From: Podarcis cretensis
Lineage: Eukaryota
Assembly (NCBI GenBank): GCA_951804945.1
Contig: OX638164.1
Coordinates: forward strand, 5,704,001-5,768,000
Reading direction: 5' to 3'
Length of the DNA: 64,000 nt
The first letter of the stretch is position 1. Each line of letters opens with the position of its first letter. This document shows, piece by piece, positions 12,866-26,755 of this stretch. The notes beneath the pieces are model-generated. The model had not been told where the DNA came from. It made no database searches and was given only the letters and a program-made list of their open reading frames with translations. A program made the position numbers and the translations under genes.

Positions 12866-13185
12866 AACAGCGTCAATATATATGTTGTAATTGGGAACAT
12901 AAAAACATAAGAAGTTGCCTTATACTGAGTCAGACCATTGGGTCTGTCTAGTTCAGTAGACAATTTACGCTGACTGCAGTTTTTTTTCTTGTGGAATGTG
13001 TGTTGCATGAAAAGGGAATTCCCACATACATTTTGCTCTGACACCTCCACCTGTGATTAAAACTGTGGAACGCCCTGGAACTGGATCCCCTGGAGGCTGG
13101 AAGTTCCGAATCGGACCCGAGAAGAAGAACCTCTAACCGCAAGCACAAAATGAAGCAAGAGCAGAAGTTAGGAAAGGGAAGACTA

Positions 13186-13398
<213 letters not shown>

Positions 13399-14963
13399 TC
13401 ATTAGCAAATGCTATGCAACCACCTTCATCCTTTAATGTAGTGGAAGGTGGTCCGTATGGACGAAAGGGCCACAGCCCCACCAATCTCAGCCTGCCCTCG
13501 CTCAAGCCCCACCTGCCTGCCTTCCCACATCTATTAAGTGTTTTGCATACTTAATAGCAACAGAAGTAACTAGATTATAATATCGTGGCTATGATTTGAT
13601 AGAAGATACAGTGCAGGAGGTGAGAAACAACAAATTCATAGAAAAGGGGGTGGGAAGTCAACAAAAATAAGAGAAAAGATGAAATTGTGTTTTGACTCTA
13701 TACGTTCAAAATGTTGAAACTTAATAAAATATAATTGAAAAAAATATTTTGTATTTTTCTGTTGTGAACCACCCTGTGATCTTTGGATGAAAGGTGGTAT
13801 ACCACTACTACTACTAATATGTATAGGATTGCACTCAGTGATCCAGCTCATGTTAATATTGCCTCTCCCTTTCCCACCATCCTTTTTGTCTCGACACCCT
13901 GCAAGACTCTGACTGCAAGACTCTCAGGGCAGGGATCTGACATTTATGTATTTATTTTTTACTTTTGCTGAGGATATTTTGCAAAGATAAATAAATGCTG
14001 AAATAAATGCTGCAAAGACTAGACTGTGAACAGTTTGCATTATCTGCTTTGTAAAATTTTCCCAAAAAAGACAACCACAAAGTTCAAAGTGTGCAAGCCT
14101 TGGGCTCCTTACAAGATTCTTTTGGACCCAGGAATTCCCACGGTGAAGGGCCATGGGAGAACATCTCAGTGGGAGAACATCTCTTCTGCATGCAGAAGGT
14201 CCCAAGGTCAACCCTTGGCACTTCTAAGTAGTGCTGGGAATATCTCCTTGCCTGAAACCCTGCAGACCCACTGCCAGTCAGAGCAGATAACCTTGAGATA
14301 TGCATCAAAGGCAGCTTCCAATGGATTCCAGATATCTTCCTTCCCTTGCTTGCACATCGTTGTGAGTGCTGCTTTGCTTTTCCTTCCTTCTGCCACCATG
14401 ATTGGCACTTCTCCTCTAGAGTCAGAATTATGGCAGCATCTACAAGCATTGCTGAGAAAGGACCATAGCTCAGTGGCAAAGCACTTCAAAAGCTGCCTTA
14501 TACTGAGTCCACCCAGCTCATCATTGTTTGCACTGACTGGCAGCAGCTCTATGGAGCTTTGGATAGGGGAAGCTCCCCAGTTGTGTTGCCAGTGACTCAA
14601 CCTGGGATTCTTTTTGCATGCAATGCAGATGCTCAACCAATGTGCCAGGGCCCTTCCCTGAGTTAGTGTGACATAGTGGTGCTCCAGATGTTGTTGAGCT
14701 CCAACTCCCATCAGCCTCAGCCAGTGATGATGGGAGACATCCTCCAGCCACATCTGGAAGACCAAAGGTTCTCCATCTATGCGTTAGAATGTGGGACTTG
14801 GAGTGAAGGGGTTCAAGCCCCACACACTGTGTGGGACTTTAGGCCAGTCACTCTTTCTCTGACCTAGCCTAGCCTACCTCAGAGTGATTGGGAGAATAGA
14901 AAGGCAGAACACCCAAATTAGGAACATAAGGAGCTTATATGGCGTCAAACGACTGGTCTACTT

Positions 14964-15099
14964 CAGGGTTTCCCAAACTTGGGTCTCCAGCTATTTTTGA
15001 ACTACTGTTCCCATCATCCTTGACCACTGGTCCTGCTAGCTAGGGATGATGGGAGCTGTAGTCCAAAACTAGCTGGAGACCCAAGTTTGGGAAACCCTG
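14964..15099. mobile_element. hAT MITE nested in a tRNA-derived SINE
   Basis: Long TIRs cagggtttcccaaacttgggtctccagct / agctggagacccaagtttgggaaaccctg. Perfect TSD GTCTACTT at 14956-14963 and 15100-15107. Confidence 0.9.
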
Positions 15100-15456
15100 G
15101 TCTACTTCCTTCAGTACTGTCCACACTGATTGGCCCACAAGGAATCTTTCCCAGCCCTAGCTGGAGATGCCAAGGATTAAACCTTGGACCTTCTGCAAGC
15201 AGAACAGATGCTCCACTTTCTCTATGGAATGAAGCTGCTTCACATGCAGAATATCCCAGCTCAACCCCCGGAACAACCAAACAAAAAGTATCAGGTAGTG
15301 AATAATGGGACTTCCTTCTGCGTGCCTGAGCACCTGCACTGCTACTTCCAGTTGGAGAAGACAACACTAGGCTAGATGGACCAATAGATCAAGCCAATAT
15401 GAATCAGCTTTGCATTATATAGTACATATTTGTTTATGCATTGTTTTCTGAGCTCA

Positions 15457-15630
<174 letters not shown>

Positions 15631-18600
15631 TCAAAGTCTAATTATTATCAAGCAGTCCACCGGCATAAGTTTTGCTTGAGAGGCAATACAAAGCTATAGG
15701 GGACCTGCTTTCTCAGAACTATGGAGAATCAATAAATCCTACAGACAGAACAGTGGCTGTTCAGCATTTCAGAAATGCAAAATTAACGCGAACCTTTCAT
15801 AAAGCAGAAATAGCTTGGTTATTTGATTGACTGCTTGCTCAGTGGGTATGGCAGAGATCGGCGACTAACGGCCTTGAGGCTATCTCTTCTCCTTCCCACC
15901 CCAGCCCTGGCAGATGAGCTAGAGGCGGTGGCAGCAAGGAGAAAACGGCAGCTTTGATCTTAGCACTTGCTAAGAATTAGCACCTGACAAAATTAGCTCC
16001 CCAAATAATGGTATGGGCCAGGTTTGGGAAGAAGGGTAGAAAGGCACTGTGTTCTGAAGGCTCTTCCCCATGTGACAGTTCCATTGCCATGTCTAAAAGC
16101 CACACCAAGATTTGGGGGTGGGCGGAGAATATGAATGAAGCATGTGGATTCAAACAATTACTTTCCCCCCATTTCACTGAAGGATGACTTTTGGGATTCT
16201 GCATTACTGCTAATCCAGTAGGTTGTCCAGGGAGGTTCTTAAGAGCCTAGTCCAAACTTCAGAGGGATTTGGGCTCAGGCTCGTAATGGGATCAGATACT
16301 TCTGAATTGGGGAAATTTGCTTCCAAACGCCCAGCTTCCAGACTTTGGTATCTTTCTTGCCTGCAGGTGATTCCAATCCCCCAACCTACATACTTACAAC
16401 ATATTTAAATACCCAACAGCAAACCATCAACTTTTATAGTAAGAGAGCACAAGCCAAGGTGGAGAAACATGCAGAAGTTACAAGGAATGGAGACAAAATC
16501 CACAACAACAAGTGAGAAGCAAGCATGCCACAGACAATGACACCTAGAAGCACTCCCTGGTGCCAGGGCAGCAGAGGGCATATGCCATATCCTTGCCTGT
16601 TCATATTTTTTAATAAAAATAAAAATAAAACACTCCTTTGTCTGTCTTGTCCGAGGAACTGAAAATTTGCCATCTGGACTCTTAGTTTGGTGCTAGAGTT
16701 GGAAGACTATTCTGTTTGGTCTGCATTTTGATGTGAAACTGATCTAATGGCGCAACTCCTGTGGCTAATACGTGGATAATGGAATTATCTTTTGGGTTTC
16801 GTCCTGCTCTGAATTTTGCAATTCAGCTCTCTGCCCCAAAAATGAAGTGCCAAAATGTGTTTTTAAACAATGTAGTTTTTAAAAGGATAAAGTATGTTTG
16901 AGAAGGGTTACGTCCAATGTAGCGCTAAGTTAAAGACGCTTAGCAGTAAACTATTTTCCGCTGGTAAAATGTTCTATGCCAGTAGAACGTTGTGGCACAA
17001 GAGAATGCATGAGCAGGTTGCTGGGAACTTGGCTGCAGAATATATTGTGCAATCTGTTGCTTGAAACTAGTGAAACTACTGCCTTGGATTCCTCTGTTGT
17101 TGTTTAACATTAAAACTCACCCATCTGGTAGTGCAATAACCCCTGCAGTAGCAGACAGAATGTTGGATACTGCGTACACTGTGCGTACGAGATAAAATAC
17201 GTAATGAAATAGGTATTTTGTTGTAGCAGCATATTGCCAGGAACAGAGAACAGCAGAACATCTCTCCCTTAAGGCTTGGTACATCAGCAACTAGCAACTA
17301 GCCTTGGTTGATCTAGGAGAGAAGGAAGGTATGGCAGGGGGTTTCCCCCAAAAAACTTATAATAAATGTATGGTGATTTAGTATCCTGCTGTTCTATTTG
17401 TTAATAAAAGTAATTCAACTGAAAGACACCCACCCTGCCTTCTCTCTCTTTGGTACAAAGTTCTGCTCTCCTCTGATGTCTCAGCAGCACTACAGAAACC
17501 CTAAGCTTTTTTTTTTTTTTTTTTTTCTTCTGCTATTGTAAAGAATGATACTGTTTCTGTTATTTGAAAATGACAAATGCATGGAATACATATTCAAGTA
17601 CACATTTGAATTTGAATCTTCATATATTTGCATTTTTAAAAGGATTTTTTTTTAAAAAACCACCAGATTAATATGGAAACAGGCAGAACAGATGTATGGG
17701 TGGGGGGGACGACATGGAAAACTGTAACAGACTGATCCCTCCATCCCCATGATGCATAAGCTGAAGGCAACGTTGAAGTGTTCAGCTGAGCGATAGCTGT
17801 TTCCTTTAAAAGTGTTGCTAATGGGAGGTTGTTACTATGTGGTGTCAGAAAAGGTGTTGAGAACTGGGGGAAAGAACACCACGATTGGGATGAAAGTATT
17901 ATGGATGGAAGCAGCTGGAACCAAGTCCCTGGCTCACTAAACAAGAGGTGGTGTGGAGTGCTCCTTGAATGACTGAAAGTAATATAATTGCACCAAGCTG
18001 AGAAATTGTGCATTTTGACATGTATCATGCAGGAGAATTTCACACCATGAACTGGCCAGTGCTCTCATAATAGGAGGGGAGAGGAATCGTTTTAAGCCTG
18101 AGGATCACATTTCTTCTTGGGGAACCTTCTAGGGAGCACATGGTAGGAGTGCGTAGGGCTGGAGGGAAACGTGAGCAGAGAACTACAGGGAAGTGTTGTA
18201 TTTGTACAACAGGCTAGTACACACACACACACACACACCCTCTCTATCCTCCACCCAGGCTGGTAAAACGGCTTTATCAGAGTTCAAGATCTACGAATGA
18301 GGCAGGACAGACAAAACCTTTGCAGAATGAGGGCCAAATTCTTTGTGGAAAACTGTCCGAGTCTCTGCAATCCAGTGGTGAGGACCAAAGGGAAGAGTGG
18401 GTGGAGCAATGGACATGATTTCTATCCTGCAGGGCAGACTTCAAGGGAGCCTGCAAGGTTTCCTGCACAGGCCACAAACATTTCTTCATCCAGTCAAATA
18501 AAAGCATTCTCACAGTTCTAGGACACATTCCAGCCTAGCAAGAATCACTTGAGGGCATGGGGTAGGGCCAGTGACAAGCAGAGTCTGAGATGGTGGCAAA

Positions 18601-19698
18601 GTCCCGAGGCCAGGCAGAGGGGCCTGGGGGACACCATTGGGCCCTGTGTTTGGCCCCATTTCCACTGTTACGGGGTAGAGGTAGAGAAGAGGCCCTTAAT
18701 GTAAGTCACAGGCACCACTTGCTGATTCTGGTTTTAGCCAAGTCGCGCCCACCTTTGTCAGCCTTCCTTCCTCTCTGCACCCCACCCACTCTCCCTATAA
18801 TTTCGGGACTGGGACCAACTCTACCATCCACTTTGATCCTCGGAACAAACAAACAAAAAATCCTCCATGTTGGTAGAGCATGAGGTTCTTAATCTCAGGG
18901 TCATGGGTTGCCACGGTGGGCAAACGTTTGGACTTGATGACCCTTGGAGTCCTTTCCAACTCTACAACTCTACGATTCTATGTTTCTATGTCTCGTGGCA
19001 GAGCTCCAAAAGGTGAGTTTGTGTCTGCTGGCAATTGATGACATTTATCTTTAAACAAAACTTTCGATTCAAGTTGTTGGCTGAATTTAATTTATTGATT
19101 GTTAGCTTTGGCTCCTTGCGTTCTGGTTCTCTGAGGCTGCTTTTAGTCTGGCAATTGTGTTTTAATGATGGATTGTTGTTGCTTGCTTTTTAAAAAGTCT
19201 GCTTTCTTATATTTTGTAAGCTGCCTTAAGTGACTTCTCTTTGGGAGGTGGCTGAAAGAAAGGTATTTCATAGAATCATAAATTGTAGCATTGGAAGGGA
19301 CCTCGGGGTCATTTCCACCCCAAAGTTGACATTCCCATGAAGGCTAACTTCTGCAGACCACATGCTAGTAGTGGGTGGGTCCAGAGACAAAAGTGGGTGT
19401 GGCCAGAGGAAAAATTGGCAGAGCAATAGATCCAAGCCTTACCACTGTACGACAGGCTGCATTCCAGCCATGTGTAAGTCAGAGGTTTCTAGGCAGCACT
19501 GCTTCCCATCTCGCCATCCAGGCAAGCAAGAGGCATTGTAACATCAAGAGCACATTCCAGACCGGCAGAAACACTCAAGTAGGATGCAAAGCAGGGCCTG
19601 CTGAGGGGTACTGCTTGCAGAGAGTCCTGAGGGCCAGGCAGGGAGGCCCAGGGGCCACATTCAGACCTTGGGCCCAAGGTTTCCCATCTATATCTATA

Positions 19699-19942
19699 CA
19701 GTGGTACCTCTGGATGTGAACGGGATCTGTTCCAGAGCCCCATTCGCATCCTGAAGCAAATGCAACCCGCGTCTGCGCGTGTCACAATTAGCCGCTTCTG
19801 CACATGCGCGTGACGTCATTTTGACCCTCTGTGCATGCACAAGCGGTGAAACCCGGAAGTAACGCATTCCATTACTTCCGGGTCACCCGAGCGTAACTCA
19901 AAAATGCTCAACCTGAAGCTACTTCAACCCGAGGTATGACTA
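19699..19942. mobile_element. Tc1/mariner (Tigger-like) MITE, family A
   Basis: TA|cagtggtacctc ... gaggtatgacta|TA. Reverse-complement relative of the 36066 and 38515 copies. Confidence 0.85.
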
Positions 19943-20863
19943 TAGATCTGGAAACATGGACCATTCTCAGCTTCCTCATGCTCAGCAGGGAGATGGAGAG
20001 GAATAGTCATCTTTTAATCTAACCCACCAAAATGTTAATTCAAGCAGCACAGATTTTTTTTTTGGGGGGGGGGAAGCACAGTCCGTGTGTCCTGTAACAT
20101 AGGCAGATGCACTCACACCTTAACACTGTATAAAAACAGAAATCGCCTAAACTTCCACATGGGATTTTATTTGCACGCCCTGCATTTCACCGGGAGCCGG
20201 CAGTAAGCAGAAAGGTCACCCCTGACGAGTCTCTTCCCAAGCCCTTGATGCCCCCAAACACTTACAATTTTTCACAACGCAAGTATAAACAGTTTCAAAA
20301 GGAAATGGAATAAAGTATGTTCTATTTACACCACGTCTTTAAAACAAACGTCCTCTCCGGCTCACACTGAAGCCCTGGCTTCCAGTGCCAAAACATTTTC
20401 AGTTTAAGAATGATGTTTTGTAGACAGAGAAAAGGCAGCCTTGTAAAACATGATTACTCTTGCGGTTAAACTTGAGTGAGAAGCAGGAGAGGGGAGAAAG
20501 CGGGCATATAGCAGTTTTGCTTTAAACATACTTCGCTGAGGTGGGGAGGGCAGGGGGCGCATGGGGTTACCTTGAACCCATGGCTTCAAATCCTTGCTGG
20601 GTTGTTTTCCCCCCCAAATGAATCTTTAATATTCCACACAGGCAGGCTTGCCACACACACCTCGGCTAGCCAGCCTTGTTAGGTAAATTGCATCTTACAT
20701 GGTTTGGTTCTGGGGGTCCCCACATATATGCAAAAACGCATGAAGTCAGGTACCTCTGGAACTCCCCCCCCCCAATGGAGGAATGCCTACTCAACTTTCG
20801 GAAGATGGTGTGATGTCATTCATAGGTTCCCAGAGCCCTCCCACCACCTTCCCAAAGCCAGAA

Positions 20864-21118
20864 AAGAAGAAGAAGAAGAGTTTGGATTTGATATCCCGCT
20901 TTATCACTCCCCTTCAGGAGTCTCAAAGCGGCTAACATTCTCCTTTCCCTTCCTCCCCCACAACAATCACTCTGTGAGGTGAGTGGGGCTGAGAGACTTC
21001 AAAGAAGTGTGACTGGCCCAAGGTCACCCAGCAGCTGCATGTGGAGGAGCGGGGAAGCGAACCCGGTTCCCCAGATTACGAGTCCACCGCTCTTAACCAC
21101 TACACCACACTGGCTCTC
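20864..21118 (-). mobile_element. Squam3-type (Ther1/MIR-derived) SINE
   Basis: Minus strand starts GAGAGCCAGTGTGGTGTAGTGGTTAAGAGCGG, has a core-like GGGTGACCTTGGGCCAGTCAC and ends in (CTT)n. Confidence 0.85.
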
Positions 21119-22913
21119 AAAAGCTTGCAATACCAGCTTTACAGAAGTGTGTGTGTGTAATAAATAAATGCAGTGTGTTTCTTCCGCTTTCCATTTGTTT
21201 GTTTGTTTACCCCCCACCCACACAAAGTGTAAGAGGCAAGTTACATGTACAGTGGTACCTCTAGTTACGGATTTAATTCATTTCGGGGTGCCATGCGCTC
21301 AACAGTAATTTAGGACTTCATCCACTGACCAACTGACCAATTTGGGAAATATTTCCATCACTGTATGTTCCCATGCACAGAATCTACGACACAAGTGGAG
21401 AACTTTTAGCCCTCCTGATGTATTTTGGGACTACAACTCCCAACATTTCACCCACCGTGGCTGATAGCAGTAGCAAAGGCTACTGCTTCCGTACCCCTGC
21501 TATATTTAAACCAAGCCTCCTCCAGCCACACAAAAATGCAATAAAAGGGGGGGGGAGTCTTTTCAATGTCTATGGGACAGCAAGGATGCCAAAGGCCAAA
21601 TTTCTTCTATTCCTAATTTTCCAAATTTTCTTCTATTCCATGTGCATACATGAGTGAGTCACTTCTTGGCGCCTTGAAAACTATGGCAGGCACAGAAGTT
21701 AAAAAGAAAATAAAAGTTTGGACTTTTTAAATGCACTACCAATGAGAACTAAATGTTGCAGCAGATTAAGCCACAGATTTTCTTCTTCTTTTCTTTTAAA
21801 AGTGATCTACAGAGAGGAGGAGTGTAATCATCATCATCAGGAATCATAGTTCAACCACCATCCATAAAGTGAAATCGGAGTAATTCACAATCGTGGCAAG
21901 CAAGCTGCTTTAATCACAATTCACATGTTACTACTGCAGCGATCTGGCTTATGCAATACTGTTGATGTGGTTTTCAGGGCTGAATACATTGCTCCTACCC
22001 GGCAATAAACCAATAATTTATTCAGATCTCAAAGCTCAGCACACATTGCTAAGAGTAGTATGTAGATGTTTCTTTTCATCCGGACTGCACAGTGCAAAGT
22101 CATTACTGATTGGAACAAGACTTTTTTTTTTTAAAAGAACAGGCATTGCTGTTATCAAGTTCCTTTTGGGTTGTGCTTTGGGTGGCTAATTAAACTTGAA
22201 TGGGGGGAAGGGGGAGAGTTTGGCTCCCTGTAATTTATTTCAGTTTTCTGATTAAGTTTAAAGATTAAAGCTTCTGAAAGCATTTTTTTTGGGGGGGATG
22301 TGGGACGCAAAAGGCAGAAGTGTTCTCCACAGTCAACAGAATCTGAAGAATGTGCATCCACAAACCAAAATTCAAATTCATTCCTTTTACCATCTCACTC
22401 AGGAAAAATAAGCATAGCCACAGATAGATGTAATATAGGGTTCCGTTACTTTCGAGTACATGAAATAAACTGTCCATTAAGCCAAAATGGTACAGACTAC
22501 TCGTCTGTGACTTTGTTTTAAAAAAATGTAAGGGGCAAAAATCCAGCTTTGTCTCGGTGGGATTTATTTATTTTAACATTTTCTATCACATTCTTTCTAC
22601 ACAAAGGGAACTTGAAGTGACTAAATGCACAGAGCTACATCCAATCAAGGCAGTGTGATAAAATACTACAACAAGAGAACCACTAAGCAGAAGACGTTAT
22701 CAGTTCAGCCTCTCTCCAAAAGGCTTTTAAAAAAAAGAGACTAGTATTCACCAAGCAACAGGAGCCATATAGTGACATAGCTGTATGGGCAACTCTTGTG
22801 CAGGGGTTTTGAAAACATCAACACCACCACTGAAAAGGCCCTGTTCCCCATGGAACCCAGATCTCTTCTGCTTCACAGAAACAAAACTAGGTTTGCCTCC
22901 AAACTTACATTCA

Positions 22914-25900
22914 TTTTTTTTATTATTAAAATTTTTATTACATTTTCAGTTTACAGAAAAGAAAAAGAAGTACAAACCAGAAAAAAGAAAGAAAGAAAAA
23001 CAATCCAACTTTCAAAATACATTTTTAAGTTACTAACTGGACTTCCCCACATCTCCCTCACCCTGCGTTCTTTACAATAAACATATCAGCAAATTATTAC
23101 CTTGTTTCATATCTTATTTATATCTTTCAGAGTGTTTTACTTCTAAATTTAAAGTACCTTTTGTCAAATATTTATACCTTAAGATAATACATAAAATAAC
23201 TTTAAATTTCAACTTTTTCTTACTTATAACTTAACTTTCTATTTTCCTAATCTAATTGCAGGAGCTAAAATTTCCAAGTCATGCAGATTCTTAACATTCA
23301 TACAACTTATAATGTTTTTGTAAATAGTCCTTAAATTTCTTCCAGTCCTCTTCCATTGTCTCTTCTCCCAGATCTCGGATTCTGCCAGTCATTTCAGCCA
23401 GTTCCATATAGTCCATCAACTGCGTCTGCCACTCTTCCAGCGTGGGAAGGTCTTGTATCTTCCAATATTTTGCAATGAGTATTCTTGCTGCTGTAGTTGC
23501 ATACATAAAAAAAGTTCTATCCTTCTTTAACACCTTTTGGTCCACAATGCCCAGGAGGAAGGCCTCTGGTTTCTTAGGGAAGGTGTATCTAAACACCTTT
23601 TTTAACTCATTATAGATTATTTCCCAGAAGGCCTTCACTTTTGGACAAGTCCACCAGAGATGAAAGAATGTCCCTTCAGCCTCCTTACATTTCCAACATT
23701 TATTATCAGACCGATGATATATTTTTGCAAGTTTGACTGGGGTCATGTACCACCTATATATCATTTTCATAATATTTTCCTTCAGGGCATTACATGTGGT
23801 CCATAACCTTTCCCAGTCTTCTAACATAATGTTGTACCCAATATCCTGAGCCCATTTTATCATGGCTGATTTGACTATCTCATCCTGGGTGTTCCATTTA
23901 AGCAGCAAGTTATACATTCTCGAAAGTGCCTTGGTCTTAGGTTCTAACAGTTCTGTCTCTAATTTCGATTTTTCCACCTGGAATCCTATTTTTTTGTCTG
24001 ACTTAAAAACCTCTTGAATTTGAGCATAATGAAACCAGTCTTGCACCCTATTCTTTAATTTTTCAAAGCTCTGCAGCCTCCAATTATCTCCAATTTTTTC
24101 TATTATTTCCCAGTATTTCGGCCATCCGGCTTCCATATTGGGTTTTTTTCGAACCTTGGCCTCCGCTGGTGATAACCACCTCGGGGTCTTACCTTCCAAT
24201 AAGTCTTTGTATTTTGTCCAGACCATAAATATAGCTTTCCTGACAATATGGTTTTTGAACATTTTATGAACCTTTACCTTATCGTACCACAAATATGCAT
24301 GCCATCCAAAAACATTATTATACCCTTCCAGATCTAGGACGTCAGTGTTCTCAAGGAGTAACCAATCTTTCATCCAGCAGAAAGCCGCAGCTTCATAATA
24401 TAACCTTAAATCTGGCAGGGCAAACCCCCCTCTCTCTTTTGCATCCGTTAATATTTTAAATTTTATTCGGGGCTTTTTGCCCTGCCAGACAAACCTAGAA
24501 ATATCTTTCTGCCACTTCCCAAAACACTCCACTCTGTCCACGATCTGTAGGGTCTGAAACAAAAATAACATCTTCGGCAATACATTCATCTTTATAGCTG
24601 CAATTCGACCTAACTAGGAAAGTTTCAATCTTGACCAGATCTCTAAATCTTTCTTAATTTCTGACCAGCATTTTTCATAATTATCTTTAAATAGATTCAA
24701 ATTTTTGGCAGACAAGTTTACCCCTAGGTATTTTACCTTTTTAACAACATTTAACTCTGTCTCTTTCTGAAACCCATCTATTTCCAAAGTGTCAGATTTT
24801 TCTCCAAAACCTTGGTTTTTTGCTTGTTCAGTTTGAACCCCGCTACCCGACCAAATTCATAAATTAATTCTAACACTCTCTTCGTACTAGATTCTGGCTC
24901 CTGTAGTGTTAAAACCAAATCATCTGCAAAAGCTTTCAATTTAAATTGTTTCACTCCGACCTGTATTCCTTGTACCAACCGGTCTTCCCTAATCATGTTC
25001 AAAAGCACCTCCAGAACAGAAATAAATAACAGAGGGGATAGGAGGCAACCTTGTCGTGTTCCTTTTTCAATTTTAAATTCTTCTGTCACCACATTGTTTA
25101 CTATCAGTTTAGCTTTCTGCTCTGAATAAATTGCCTCTATTCCATTTTCAAACCCCCGTCCCACTCCCATCCCTTCCAAATTTTTCTTCATAAACCTCCA
25201 AGAAATGTTATCAAAGGCCTTCTCCGCATCAACAAAGATTAACACTGATTTTGTATTAATGTTGGTTTGCAAAAGTTCCAAAATATCAATAATATTCCTA
25301 GTATTATCAGACAAATGTCTTCCTGGGAGAAAGCCTGCCTGGTCCTTGTGAATTACTTCATTTAATACTTTTTTAAATCTACTTGCCAAAATATCTGCAA
25401 AAATTTTGTAATCCACATTTAGGAGTGAGATGGGACGGTAGTTCTTAAGTTGAGTCTTTTCAGTTTCCACTTTAGGGATCAATGTGATGAAGGCTTCTTT
25501 CCACGATTCCGGTGCCTTCTTCCCCTCCAAAATCTGATTGCATACCTCCATTAATGGTTGTATCAAATAATCTTTCAATATCTTATAATACTTGGAGGTA
25601 AGCCCATCCGGACCTGGAGATTTGCCTAGTTGCATATTCTGGATGGCAACCTCTATTTCTTGTTGTGTTATTTTATGATTCAGGATTGTTCTCTTTTCCT
25701 GGGCAAGTTTTGATAAACCATTTGTTTTCAAAAATTGGTCTATCTCCTTCTCCTCTTGTGGCCCTTGAGTATAGAGCTTTTTGAAATATCTCTGGAAACA
25801 CTTCCTAATTTCTTCGGGTTTCTGGATATCTTTCCCTTCAATCTCTAGATTGGTGACTGTATTCAATTTTTGTCTCTTTTTCAATTGCCATGCTAATAAT

Positions 25901-26376
25901 TTCCCACACTTGTTAGCTGATTCAAATGATCTTTGTTTCATTTGTTTAATTTTCCACTCAACTTCTTGATTTATCAATTTCACGTACTGTGCTTGGTAAA
26001 ATTTAATTTCTCTCAAGATCTCCTTCGATTTTGGCTTAGATCTCAACTTTTTCTCTCCATCTCTTATCTTCTCTAAAATCTTATCTTTTTTCCCATTCCA
26101 GATTCTTTTCTTTATCGTGTTCTGTTGTATCAGAAACCCTCTCATAACTGCTTTGCTTGCATCCCAGATTGTTCTCCTTTCCACCGTAGTATTCAAATTT
26201 ATTTCAAAATAATCTTTCAAGGTTTTTTGGGCCTTCTTCACAATCTCCTGATCTCTTAATAGGGTGTCATTCATTTTCCATCTAAAGGAGCCGATTGGAG
26301 TAAGTCTTAATTCCATTTTCATAGCGTTATGGTCGGAGCAAGTTTTTGGGCAGATTTCCACTTTTCTAATCATAGG
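22914..26376 (-). mobile_element. 5'-truncated L1 LINE (ORF2 from end of endonuclease through RT to CCHC, 3'UTR, A-rich tail)
   Basis: ORFs 24778..26445 and 23291..24589 carry SDHNA, KSPGPDG, NYRPISLLNVDYKI, GTRQGC, FADD and CWKC-H-C. 16-bp TSD TCCAAACTTACATTCA at 22898-22913 and 26377-26392. Frameshift near 24788 and TAG stop at 24614-24616. Confidence 0.96.
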
Positions 26377-26616
26377 TCCAAACTTACATTCAAAACAGAG
26401 TTTAATGCTCATCCTTGTTCCCTGGTTCCCTATGCCTACATGCACGATTTCCCAAAGATTTGTTCATAGCACACGCAACTTAAATCTTTCATGTGTACAC
26501 ATGAAAAGAAAAATCTCAGGTGTATGTATACGCAACATAATGTGAGAAGAAGCTCTTAACCTGCCTGAGCTAACCTCACCTGCAATGTCAACTTCTAGGA
26601 CAGGACTGCTGGCACC

Positions 26617-26755
26617 TGGGATGGGGAACATGTGGCCCTCCAGATGTTGTTGGACTAGAGCTCACATCAGTCCCAGCCAACACAGCCAGTTGTCAGAGAT
26701 AATGGGAGTTGTAGTCCAACAACATCTGGAGGGCCACAGGGTCCCTATCCTTGGT
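26617..26755. mobile_element. Old hAT MITE family (ggccctccagatgttgttggactacaactccc), representative copy
   Basis: Palindromic arms tgtggccctccagatgttgttggact / agtccaacaacatctggagggccaca. Similar copies near 895-1015, 2570-2705, 3430-3800, 14680-14780, 30365-30505, 33050-33175, 39835-39965 and 42060-42150. Confidence 0.75.

Noticed and set aside
14026-14823. Overlapping 185-189 aa ORFs on both strands
   Set aside because: They run through SINE and MITE fragments and have no recognisable domain.
23291-26445. Intact or domesticated reverse transcriptase gene
   Set aside because: 5'-truncated, with a frameshift and a stop between the two ORFs. The first ~23 aa of the 555-aa ORF come from the TSD and flanking DNA.
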